Source: Auanema rhodensis (lineage: Eukaryota > Animalia > Nematoda). From it: a DNA stretch of 64,000 bases. Made by a program: the position numbers and the translations under genes. Positions within the stretch are counted from its first letter, which is position 1. Every line of letters begins with the position of its first letter. Under the pieces are notes generated by a model. It was not told where the DNA came from and searched no databases. It saw only the letters and a program-made list of their open reading frames with translations. Shown here one piece after another: positions 27,996 through 41,091 of this stretch. Where the stretch lies: assembly GCA_964057225.1 (NCBI GenBank), contig OZ059894.1, forward strand, positions 17,794,001-17,858,000, given 5' to 3'.

Positions 27996-30900
27996 CCGTC
28001 ACTTTGCTCTGATTATTATCATTTTTTTCTGATAATAACAGAATTGAAGTTTCAGAAGAAATTTTGTTTCTTAAAATTGCTTATAGAAAAATATATAGAA
28101 AAGCAATTGAATATATTGAAATGTAAAGCTAATGATGAAGCATATTTTATATTGAAAATTATATAATAATATGATCAAGTCTGAAATGATGTAATATATA
28201 GGAAGAACACTTCAAACAACTTAAATTTTCTATTAATCTTTAGCGCTGACGTCATTAAAAGTTAGAGGTTCATCATCTATATCTTATAAATAATGATTAA
28301 GTAAGGCTATGTATATCAATTATATCATATAATTAATTGTTAAAATAAAAGAAGAAGGCAACGTTAATAATAGTTTTAACTTGAAATTTAAAAAAAAATT
28401 TAGTTTTAGTTGATCTTTCAATGATCTCATTTTATCATATCTCAATTTTGATTTCAAAATAGGAAAATTATAATAAACTGTTAATAACTACAATAAGTAT
28501 GTGATGAAAAGAACACAATAATCAACTGTGCAAAGTAACTTCAGAATACTTCAGAATCTTCAACTTCAGAATCACATGAAATTTTTAAAAATATTTAATG
28601 TAATAGATCAAATAAAAGAAATAGGAGATGATCGATTATTTTATTAATAGAATAATTGAAAGAATAGGCTGATTTTGATGTTTGGGACTGAAAACTGAAA
28701 AAAATCTGTTTCTTCTTGTTCAACAATACAGCCGTTGTGTATATCATGTCTGAAAAACAGAGAGGAAATATTTCTGTCTTCTTTCCATAATGGCTACAAA
28801 CAATGAAAATTAGTTGGCTAAACGTAATGAGCATGTGATACTTTCAGTTATTTATTCAATAATATTCTATATAAATACATATATATTATATATAATAAAT
28901 TTTTGTTAATTATAATATTGGATATATGATCATCAATCACATTGAAAAGTAATTGATATTAATGATAATGAAGAATATCATTTATTCAAAATATTATAAT
29001 TTTATAAAATATTTGTATATTATAAATCAATATTAGAATTTATTTATTTATTTTTCATGAATTGCTCGGATAAATGAACATACATGATTTTGAAATTTCG
29101 TTTCAACCTTAAATTCATATTAACTTGTGCCTTATGATTTTGACATTTCAAGAAATAAAATGATTTTAATGTACTAAAGATTAAAATATAAAATATTTCA
29201 AAGTTTTTTTTATAAAAAATAATAAAAATTTATATTTATAAACTAGAAATGATTTATAGATTGAACTTTTGTACAAAATAATTTTTATGTTATTAAACAT
29301 TTTTATATTTTCTTAATTATTTATTATAAACTACATACTTATATATATATATATATACATTCTATTATATAAAAATGATAATAAATATTCCAAGAAAAAT
29401 TAAAAACTACAAAAATTGAAAAAAAAATTTTTGTATTGCCTCTGCAAATGTGTTAATTTGCTACAGAACTTGGAAAATCTCATGAAAAAACGATGTTATT
29501 ATGTCTATTACTACTAGATGACCATGGAACATGTATGTATAATTCACAAATTATTATTATTAATATAAATTATATTTATAAAATATTAAACTATATACTA
29601 TGTGTGTATTTGTATATTCTATTCAAATATAGACCCATTAATTTAACCAAAAAATAAATTAATAAACCACGCACATCTTTTTTTTTTTTTAGATATATTT
29701 AAAATAATTTTATATTTCTATTCATAGTATATTAATAATATATTTATATATATATATATATATATAATTATTTATATAATTTTATAAATTATATCAAATT
29801 CATTTTTATTAACGATTTATGTATATAAGATATATTATATAAATCTCAAATTCTATGAATTATATTCTAAAGTTAATATATATATATATATATATATATA
29901 GATATAGATATAATAGTTAATAAACCTATTTCAATTTTGAATCTTATTTCAATCAACGTATTACATACATTGTATATGCTAATATCACGTGAAACGTGGA
30001 AACGTTATTACATATACTTACTTACTATTATTATATGAAAGTAAGCACAAATAATAATGTTGCATTCAATTTCATTTATTATTTAAAAACAAAAAACTTT
30101 ATTTATTATATTTATTTTTATTTATATACATAACAGATAAAATATTATTAATTTTAATTAGAAAGTACATATAACATCCATTACTACATGCTTATAACCT
30201 TTTTTTTTTGTTCTTAAAACTAAAAGTTATACTAATTAAGTCATGCTTAAGAAGTAAATAGCTATTGTCGTAAATATTTTTTGTATTCATGGTCACATCA
30301 CATATAAAAAAAGATGAATGTCCAATTTTGACCAACGACTTCATCTACAAATAGGGGAAACTAAGCGTTTAACGAAAAAAAAACACAATTGCTCTATAGG
30401 TTTTCTTCTTTTCTATTTTCAGCAAGCTACTAACTTGATGTTAAGCTTTCTTCTATCCACAAGAACCATCTTAATTAAGTCTCCTCTAGTCAATCTCCTG
30501 TCCAAAATGACCTATTTCTCTCTCTCTCTCATCCCCCTCTCACTCCGTTACTTACTTCCAAGTTGCGCTCTAGCCATACACATATACATATACACACCCT
30601 TCTTTAACTTTTCCATTTCCAGCATCTTTCTCACATTTTCGTCATTCGAAAGGAAATAACAAAGTCTGATACTCGAGTCCTGAGCAGAATTTTCCTAGAA
30701 ATGCCGGCAAAAAGCTCTTGTATTGTATAGGCCCGTCCGTTCAGTTGTCCTTGTACAAACATATATATATATATATATTATATGTAATATATATATATAT
30801 ATATATATACAATACAAAAACCATAATTTTATTTCTTTTTATTCCATAATTTTTAATTTTAAAAAAATAATATTTTAATATGAAACTATTAATATACTTT

Positions 30901-31001
30901 ATAGAAGTAATAATATTATATATTGACTTAACTATATGAATATACATTGGTCATGTTATTTTTTTTTATTTTTTACAGCTTTCTCTGTCTTCAAATAATG
31001 A

Positions 31002-31078
31002 CTGATGTTTAGATAGGGTGAGATTTGAATAGCAAACTCCCTAAGGTATCGTGCATCTCATTTAGCTTTAAGCATCAG
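31002..31078 (+). ncRNA. Candidate structured RNA hairpin (pre-miRNA-like or H/ACA-like)
   Basis: CTGATGTTTAGATAGGGTGAGAT pairs with ATCTCATTTAGCTTTAAGCATCAG (22 of 23 positions, including G-U pairs that work only on the + strand). It lies ~24 nt after a strong TTTTTACAG acceptor and has no ORF. Confidence 0.35.
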
Positions 31079-34000
31079 AAGATCAACAGGGTAGTTGTTC
31101 TTTCTACTTATACTAAGACTCATTTATAACAAAAAAAAACTAAAATATAAAAATTAAATTTTACATTTAATGATTTCGTTGAATCTTTAATCCTAATTGT
31201 AGTTGAATGGTTAAAAAACTTTTTACTGAATATGAGTTCGCCTTGAGTTCAGTCATTAATCTTTGGAATAAGAGCCTTCTGAAGAATTGGTTTCTGAATA
31301 TTTTCATATGTGCCGCTGTATCTTTATTTTTTTTTTGAAATTTTCAATTCTTGATCGAATTTTCTCATAATTGTCCTTGAAGAAAATCACTTTAAACAAG
31401 GATTTAACACAAAAAACACAACATATTCTCTTCCCTTACTGCCACTTTTCGTTGATTTTTCATTTGACATCTTGAAAGTTAATTTCAAAATACCAAATTC
31501 TTAGTAAACAATGAATGTTTATTTTTGAAAAAAAAAGAAAAAAGATCTTCAGTTTCCCTTTTTTTCCATTTTTGGTTTATTTTAAAATATTTCAGTTAGA
31601 TATAAGTTAGTTTTTAGTTTCTTTCAGCATATAACTCTCCAATATAAATATTCTTCAACCTTGTTTTCCGTTTCGTAATTGAATATCATCAGATGTAGAG
31701 TGGCTTTCAGTCTTGTTGCAACATGGAACCTTCTTTTTCATGTCCAGCTTCATATTCTTCTACTTCTTGCTCTGCTACAAAGTATTTTTATAAATCATAT
31801 GCTTATACATCTATAGATATAGAGAAACCTGAATATAGTTAAAAATACAATTAACTATGCTTTATCCAAACAATAAATTTAATTTTTTTCAATCTTTGTG
31901 ACATCTTATTTCATCCAATTTCTTCTTCATACTTAATTTTTCATAAATTTTACCTATTTAAATATAATATATTTAACATAATATTAATATTTTATTCTTA
32001 AAAATAACCTTTAAATCATTTTTTTTGCAAAATTTCTCATGTTATATTAGAAATATTAACCATATAAGCAAAATATTTAAAACATATTTGATATATTAAC
32101 TATTCGACACTACTTCTTATATGAAAATGTTTTATTCTTTTCTCAATTTATATGAATATTAATTCAAAAAACCTTCATAAAAAGATATTTTATCACATGT
32201 CTTAATCATTTTTCAATTTATGGCTTTGTTAAAGTACCACTAGACTATAGACGATTGAAAGAAATATTTTGTATAATAACCTTCTTTCAATTTTATTTAT
32301 AAGAAATCATTTAATTTATTTTATATGAATAGAAATTTTGTTCTTTTTTCCAAATAGTTCTTTTCCATATAAACTACAACCAGAAAATGTTTAAACTCAC
32401 AAATCAGAAACCAACTTGAGCTTATGTTCAATGTCGATGCTTTAAATCTGACAAAAGTTGCAACTTTCAGTAAAGATGGTAAAGCATCTCATTTTTCGTA
32501 TTTTAGTGTCACATAACCTCTATAAATCATATTTTTCATATTCAATAATAGTCAAACTTTACATATCTCCCTAAGGAAACGTTCTTTGTGAGTTTTTTTT
32601 TAAATATATACATATAATATATTGGAATATTCATGTTAAATATTCATTTTATAATATTATATATACAACATACTTATATTCAATTTTTTTTACTTTCTTA
32701 GTTGAAATAACCAACCAGAATTGCTAGTCTATATCTCTCCATATGTGCTTTCCAGTAGTTGTGTTGAGTGTATCAGTATATTTACGATTCTGATGAAGAT
32801 TGATGGAGTGGACGTGAAATAACTAAGAAAAGAGCAGAAGATGATTCAAAAGAAAAAATTAAAATTTAGAAATTGTTAAAATGAATGAGAAATATATTGA
32901 TATTTACATGAGAATATGGATATCTATGTAGTATATCTCATAGTAAATCTTAAGTATTACAAAGTCTTCTAATCTTCTGTTTCAAACATAGTATGATCTT
33001 CAAGCAAACATTACTAAATATATTCTGGAACTCAAGCAGATGTTGTACGAAATGCAAAAATGAAATGAGCAAAGAGGTCAAAAGTTTGATTAGCAGGAAC
33101 GAAGAAGCCCACCAACTCATTTTCTCCCACGCGTCTTCTGTTTAACTCTTCAGTCTATGAGCTATAGGATATAGCTTCTGAACAAGACAAAAACTTCTTT
33201 TCCACAGTTTACCCTATTTTTTTACTTTTTTTTGGTCAAAAAAATTTTTTTTTTGAAAATTTGTCTTCATTCAACGACAGATATACTTTGAATTGAAAAT
33301 GGAGACAGGAAAGAAAGAAAAAGTAAGGAGGGAAAAGATATTATATATTCTAACCAATTTCCGATTATTCACACTTACCTTATACTTACATCCTTTCGTG
33401 AACTTTTCATTCATTTTCTTTTATTTTTTGAGAAAAAAATGTCATTGATGTATGTATATGTATGTACTTTACTATAATAATAATAATAATAATAAATATA
33501 ATCAAAAATCATTGATTAACAATGATTTATACGAAAACTTACATTTGGACAATCTTTTGAAGCCTTACAAGCATGATAAAGATCATTTCTGCATATACGA
33601 ATAGCAATGTTGTATGTATTATTTCAACATTATATTCTTTTATTTTTGGTTGTATAAAATCAAATAAAATACATCAATTAAACTATTTAAATAAGAATAA
33701 TTATCTAATTATTCGTATATATTATATACATTTATCTTATATTTGTTTATACAATATTATTTTATTTATTGTTTTGTTTTGTTTTATTTAATTCTAAACT
33801 TTCTTAGTTAGTACTTTAATCCAAGAATAATAAAGTTTAAGCTTCAGTAAATGTCAAAAAGCTGTCAAAATAGAGAAAGATTCATATACATATGAAGTAT
33901 CTTAAACATTTATTTTCAATACTTTTCTTTATCCCATCTATCCATCAGTTTAACCAATTATTTCTATACTTAGAATAGAAATATTAAACCAGTTGAATAT

Positions 34001-35128
34001 TTTTTTTTCAAAAAAAAAAACGAAGAAATATTGAACAGAAGAAGAAGAAAAAAACAAAAAAAACTTTTTACTCTTCTTAGTCATGCACAGCAATCCTCCC
34101 ATTTTTCTGATTTCAGCTGAGCATGCTAAAGTTGGCTTTTTGCTATTTTCATGACAACTATGAAACCATTGAAGACGAAGATTTCGTGCGCAAGAACGGA
34201 ATCTGAAGACATAGTATAGTATTTGAGCTAATGTATGTAGATGTATAGATGTATTTAAAGAAAAAAAAGGAAAAATTGTATTACATCGTAAAGAAAAATA
34301 GTTATTTCACTTTCATCGATCTATCTATCTATCCATTATCTCTTATATGTATTTCTATATTCATATTTCCCTCTTCTTTGTATTTCTTCTTCTCCTTGTC
34401 TTTCATTCTATTTCCTACTATCTCTTTCACCTTCTCGCCCAGTTTCTAATTCAATTTTTCTGCTTGGATCCTCTAAATTGTCCCCAGAGAACATAACCAT
34501 CTAATTTCATTTGCTCACTTTACCACCAAATGAACCTACTTTTCATTCTTTCCTTTTCTTCTTTCTTTCATATTCTTTACTCTATTACTCTATCTATGTT
34601 CATAAAATGGTTTTCAACTTTAGAAACCAAAATTTGTCCGAGAACGGCTTAAAGAACAACTGAACAGTCATTGTTCTCTTAAGTATTTTACATGATTAAG
34701 GACAAATTACATAAACTCAAGCCTAAAATTTGGAATATTATTGAGGTTCTCCAAAACTAAAAGCATTTCTTCCAGTTTTCAACTTAACTTTGTGTTCTTT
34801 TCCAAATAAAACTTTGAACATCCATTATAGAAATGGAAATAAAAATTAATAAACAATCATAATTTCTCTTTATTCCAATTTCTCTTCTTCTTTGATGTTG
34901 AGAAGATTATATTTTTTTCTTCAGCCAATAAATCAAAAAACAAGATAAGCCACCCATTCCATGCATTTCCAATTCTCATTTTTCTCTTTTAATCGTTTAG
35001 CTCATAGTTTTTCATAAAAATGTTGTCGTTGTTTAGAGAAATATTGAATAATTTCTTTAATTTATTTGTAAATCGAACGTATATATTAAATATTTTAAAG
35101 AATTTGAATTAATTCTTTTAGAAGAATA

Positions 35129-35599
35129 ATGCTGAAGAAAATAATCTATTGTTTTCTGTTCATAACTCATTCTACTTTATCATCTAGAATACTTGACAGT
35201 CCAATAATTATTGAGAGACCATCATCATCTCATATTGAATGGAATGAATTAATACTTGAATATAATCCAGATTCATCGCCAATTCCTAATATTACTGTAA
35301 GTTTTTATTCTTTTTTCATCTTAACTATATGTTATGGTTTATTCCACTTTTTAGATTTCGTTGCAAATCTCAATGACTGCTTTCAAATATAATCCAAATG
35401 ATCATACTATGCATGTTATTATGGAAATCAATCAAAATTGGATTGATCATCGTTTAGTTTTTCATGGAGAAAAGCAAATCCCGGTAAGCTATTATCTCAA
35501 GTTTTTATAATAAAATGAACTTCGTTCCTTGTCTATGCAACACATTCGGTTGGGATTAGATCTTGATCCTAGTATGACGTAACAAGAAATGACATAGCT

Positions 35600-35630
<31 letters not shown>

Positions 35631-36394
35631 GAAGCTAAAATATAATTTTATTGTTTTTAATAACTATAATCTTCATTTCATTCATATATATCATATAATT
35701 TCTCTTAAAATTTTTTATGAAAATGAAATAAAAGTTCAATTGAACTGTTATGAAGAAATATACTTTTTTCACTTTGTTTTTGCACAATTTTTTGATTATT
35801 ATTACGATTTACAAGAGTTATGTGAAAAAATATATATTAAGATATATAATTATAATAATAATAATTATTATTATTATTTAAAATATTCATTTATAGATTC
35901 CTGAAAGTATACGAATTTGGCAACCAGATACAATAATACATAATTCTGTAACTGATATAATTCGCAAGAAATCTCTATTTCTCAGTCCTAATGGTTCTGT
36001 ACAAATGGTGGAACGACGTGATGCTGATGTAATATGTGAAACAAAGGTTCTAACATATTTTGAAAAAAAACTAATTTTAATTTGAAATTTATTTCTTCAG
36101 TGCTTACTAGCCTTCAGAAGCTTTGCTCATCGTGGTGCTGATTCAATTAGCTATCAGTTAGAATCTTTCATTCCATCAACTAATGATACTAAACAATCAA
36201 TTTCTAAGAAGATTAACAGTGAAATTTTAAATCGTTCATATTCCATATTAGTATATGAATTACATAATAAGAAAGAAACACAATATAGTTTTATAAACCC
36301 ATCTATACAAACTATTACAGAAGATTTAATGAAAATGGAAATTAATCTAAATAATAGTAATAATAGTAATAGTAATAATAACACCATATCTTGA
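35129..36394 (+). CDS. Secreted Cys-loop receptor ligand-binding-domain-only protein (Neur_chan_LBD-like, no transmembrane domain)
   Basis: Signal-peptide-like MLKKIIYCFLFITHSTLSS. pLGIC motifs YNPDSSP, INQNWIDHRL, IWQPDTIIHNS, LSPNGSV and C...CLLAFRSF. Four exons, ~246 aa, stop at 36392-36394, then AATAAA. Confidence 0.8.
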
Positions 36395-37014
36395 TTATCA
36401 GCCTTTTTAACCGATATTTATTGCTCAATTTTTGTATTTAATATGTTAAAATAAATAAATAATAATATTGAAATTCTTTAATAAACAAAACAAAAATGAA
36501 TTTTATATATTGACAACCAAAGAGATCAAAGAGAAAATTTATAATTATATAAGAATGACTTAATGAAATTGAGCAGAATTCGAAGAAAAAACAGATTGAT
36601 AAATACAAAATTTTTTTTTAAAAAATTTAAAAATAATTATACGACCCAGTTTTGTGAAGAAGACCAGTCATAAGGCAATAAGATTTGTTTTATTGAAAAA
36701 AACATATTTTTCTACGAAGACACGACTGTGAATAAACCCGCATTTTTTTGTGTTTTTTTTTGTTTCGAATGGCTTTAGAGAGAAAGAGGGAGAGAGAAAG
36801 AAGGAGGAAGGGAGAAAGAAGGAGGGAGAGAGAAAGAGGGAGAGAGAAAGAGGGAGAGACAGAGAAAACAAATTTAGCTGAGATTATTCAACAAATAACT
36901 TGATCCTAGGTTGTTACTATATGAATATGGCAATTATTCGAATCAGAGTTTTCTTGAAATTTGTCTGTTTCTTTGAAATATTCATGTTGCTTAGCCTATG
37001 TTATTCATATATTC

Positions 37015-38130
37015 TTATACTTCTACTGAGAGATAGTCAGCCGAATAGCATATCGAGGGTGTACTAGACGGTGTCGTTGATACTGTTGTTGCTGCGGATG
37101 CAGCTGCAGCTGAAGAAGTGGATGACGATAATGTTGGAGTATTTGGTATCATCGCTGAGTTGAAGGATGATGACGATGTTGAGCTAGAAGAAGAGATTCC
37201 TCCAGTTAATCCGGCTGGAGGGCTGATTGGCATCTTAATAGCTATCTCATAAGGTGGTGGAGGATTGCGGGGAATCCCACAAATCCACATATCTTCCGCG
37301 ATTGATTCACTCAACATATTTTCTGAAAGAATAAATATAAAGAATGATTAATGTATATATATATTCTCTAGAAATTTTTTTTACAGATTGATAAATGAAT
37401 AAGAACATTGTAAAATACATTTGTTCAAACAGAAATTTAATACAATTGTAAGAACATCACAAGAATTTTAATGCCCTTGTACAGACTTTTGACTATTTTT
37501 TCCATAAAAATGTTATAAACGTTTCAAAATGGTATTTGATCTTTTAAATTTAACGATTTAGAGAAACCGTAAAAACATGTTTCAAAAGCAATTCATAACT
37601 TCTATTTAGGTGTCTCTTCAAACTTGTGTAATGCTAAATCTTATATATTCAAAATAAAAATTTTTTCTTCTATTTGATAAAGACTCAAGTAACAAGTTTT
37701 TCATAAATTACAACTATAAATATATATAATTAAGTAAAAGTAAAATTATTTTGCCCTTCCATATATGTTAATCCTATCACTAATTTGTTAAATTTATTTT
37801 GTTTTTTTGGTAAATTTATTTGAAAGTTAAGCTTTTAAAAGGTTAAAACACTTACCAGCGTTATTGCTTTGTTGTTGTTGTGCCCTATCTACATATTGAC
37901 TATAAATTCGGCACCCAAAGGTGAATATGAAAACCATAAAGAAAATGCCAATAGTTAGACCGGCAGCAACACCTCCACTAACTGATGTTGAAGCTGGTTC
38001 TGAAATAGAAAATTATATAAAAGAAAATATAAAAGAAACATCTTAGAAACATACTTTCATGATAATCATTAACATAGTAACGATCCCATGTTACTGGACG
38101 AAATGAATGATATGGCCATAGTGATTGCAT
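37015..38130 (-). CDS. Small single-pass membrane protein with a PPPPY motif and S/T-rich tail
   Basis: Three exons: MQSLWPYHSFRPVTWDRYYVNDYHE|KPASTSVSGGVAAGLTIGIFFMVFIFTFGCRIYSQY...NNA|ENMLSE...CGIPRNPPPPYEIAIKMP...SVEV*. The ATG directly follows TTTCAG, so upstream exons are possible. Confidence 0.8.
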
Positions 38131-38377
38131 CTGAAAACAAAAATATAATTTAAAGACAACTGAATAAAATAATATAAATATCAAATCAGAAATAGTAAAG
38201 AATTTCTAAGTAAAATAGTAAATTATACAAATAAAAAATTGTAAAAAGGATCACTTTTACATTGTCTTTGTCTCTTGCATTGAACAAAAATACAAAAAAG
38301 ACTAGTTCAGGTAACGAATTAAAGATTTGAAAGAACAAAGTTCAATGAGAATAGTCAATGTTACTTTTATAATATAT

Positions 38378-38412
<35 letters not shown>

Positions 38413-40947
38413 ACTATATATATATAATATATAAGAAATGAAATCAGAAGATAAGGTTATAATATAGATTTTTGAGAAATATTCCAATAGAAGTAAGTAA
38501 AACCATCATAATATTATATAATTCGTTTACATATTTTAATTATATTAATCTAAACTAGGACAGAATAAGTTCAATTACTTTAGATATAGGATATGAATTT
38601 GGATTGACTGTAAACAATACTAGAATAAAGTTTTTAGGACATTGAAGGAGATAGAAGAATGAATACATACACATCTACTATAGTATATGGTATTACATAT
38701 GTAGAAATGTACATGTACATGTATTCTTTGGTGTAAAAAATATGATATTACAAAGTTTAATTATATATATATATATATAGTTATAAAGTATTAACATTAA
38801 TTTTATATAAAATATTAATTAATAGAATTGAGGAAAATATTAATTATAATTAGTTATATGTCCAGATTTATAGAATAGCAGTACTTTTATAATATTAACG
38901 GAGAGGACATAATGTGCAGAATCAAGCATTTTATTGTGTCGATGTTGAGTGCAAAGTTCGGACTAGGCAAGTTCATCAAGATACCCTATACAGTTGGAAT
39001 ATTGGTTTCAGATGAGATCAAACTATTATGATCTTTGTTTTCAGTCCAGATTATTATTATAAGTTGTATGATATTAGTGTAATTACACGAAAAAGAATTA
39101 GTTAATGAGAGAGGTAATAGTTGTTCCGATGATGATGATGTTGATGATGATGATGGTATAACATGTTGTCGTTTTAGTTTTCATCAAAAATGGCAGTTGA
39201 CACATCTTTTCGCTTTTCAACTAACCAAATACAGGCCCAAGGAAGATGACAACAAAAAGCTGGTGCCGAGGACAAGATGTGGAAGTAGTTGCTTTCAAAA
39301 TGAAAGATGAAATGCTAATGAAATTTTTTTTCAAATTTCACTTTAATGGATAGACTGGGTGGTAATATTGGAGAACGACATGGTGGGTAAGTAGCAACAG
39401 GGCAATGGACCAGGTAGATTAAAATATTAAGAAAAGGGGAAGAAGGAAGAGAAGAAGCAACAATAGCTATCATGAATCATGTTGGGGGTCAGACATTCTC
39501 TTCTCTATTACGGCATGGTCGTCCGATAAGCATCGAAGGCGTCTGCCACACTGTCACATCATGCCCAACGATGACAGTTTGTTCCCCGAGGTCATGTAAA
39601 ACTTTTCATTTCGAGAATAAGACAAGAGGTGAAGAATAAGAATAGCTTATGAATGAGATAGTGTTATGACGTAGTTCGAATGAGAAGAATAAGGTAACGG
39701 TCAAACTGAAATGTGACAATGTGGATGTATTGATGTGCAAGAAAGGGACAAATTCATTTGAAGATTAAGCATTGATTATAAAATTTTGTGAATTCAATGA
39801 ATGCAAAAGAAAGGAAATGAAGAATTAAATGAAATTTTTCTGAGAAAGGCCAAGAAAGGAAGATGCTAAGATGATACATGAAGAAAACTTGAGTTGAGTT
39901 GAAATTAGTAGAGAAGCGATGGATGGAATGAACACATGTTCCATTGAAAGGTCGACTGAGGTCATGAAGGATATCCTTCAATGAGAATATGAGGCAAGAA
40001 AAGAATAAAGAAAACCTTGCTTAAGAGAGAGGAAGAGGGGCGAAATCGCGATTTAAGAATAACGAAGAGAACTGTCGCCTTCACTGACGAAGAAGCGGTG
40101 AACGACCATGATGACGCCTCCTCATCTGGTTAGAGTAGTTATAGGGTCTGTGGTAGACGGAGGGAAAGCACTGCCAGAACAAAGACAAAGCATCAGCGTG
40201 TAGCGACCTTGGGCACACGCACGAAAGCAGAGGTGACTCGAGAAAGGTTACAACCAACAAAATGAATTATTACACAAAATATAATAGACAAAAGAACGAC
40301 AAAATTTGTATTGAATTGTCAACCGATCCTGAACTGCCAAATTCACAGGATAAAGAGACAATACATAGAAATAAACACAAAAAAAAACAAAATGAAGCTT
40401 GAAGTTGCAACGCGAAAGCAAAGTTTTTAGATTTGAATCGAATGTCATGAAATGAAGATCATACAGGCGTAAAAGGAATAATCTATCATTTGCGGATGAA
40501 TGGTGATAAAGCTTTAAAGCTTATATAAAATGTGCAATTTCAAATATTTTTTCTGAATATTAGCCAAGTTAGACAACGAAATTAAATATTCTAAACAATT
40601 ATTTATTTGCCAACTGATTATTCTTTCTTTTTTATAGAATTGTTTTAAGGTTTCTTTACTAAAAAAGAAAGGTGCAATGTTTGAACGATAATGCTGATGT
40701 GATATACGGAGACGCCAATGACGACATGGTCTAAAACGTTAAGAATAGAAAAACAGGAACATCAACGAGGCCCAGGTATGACACTATTGTTGGTGTTTTG
40801 TCAATATATTATGTAATTATAGCCTGAACTATGGGGAATACATATATGTAGATTCAGGAAGAAACATAGACACAATAAAAAAAGAAACCAAAGTTGCTTT
40901 CTTCTAACTAGAAACGATAAGAAGCCGAGAATGACAAGAAAGCGGAA

Positions 40948-41091
<144 letters not shown>

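Noticed and set aside
27726-28166. ORFs rich in SLSL or RERE (also 40908-41204 and 36668-36871)
   Set aside because: They are translations of CT/GA microsatellites, with no splice or homology support.
32790-32825. CTGATGA...GAAA hammerhead-like core
   Set aside because: No complementary stem II or flanking stems.
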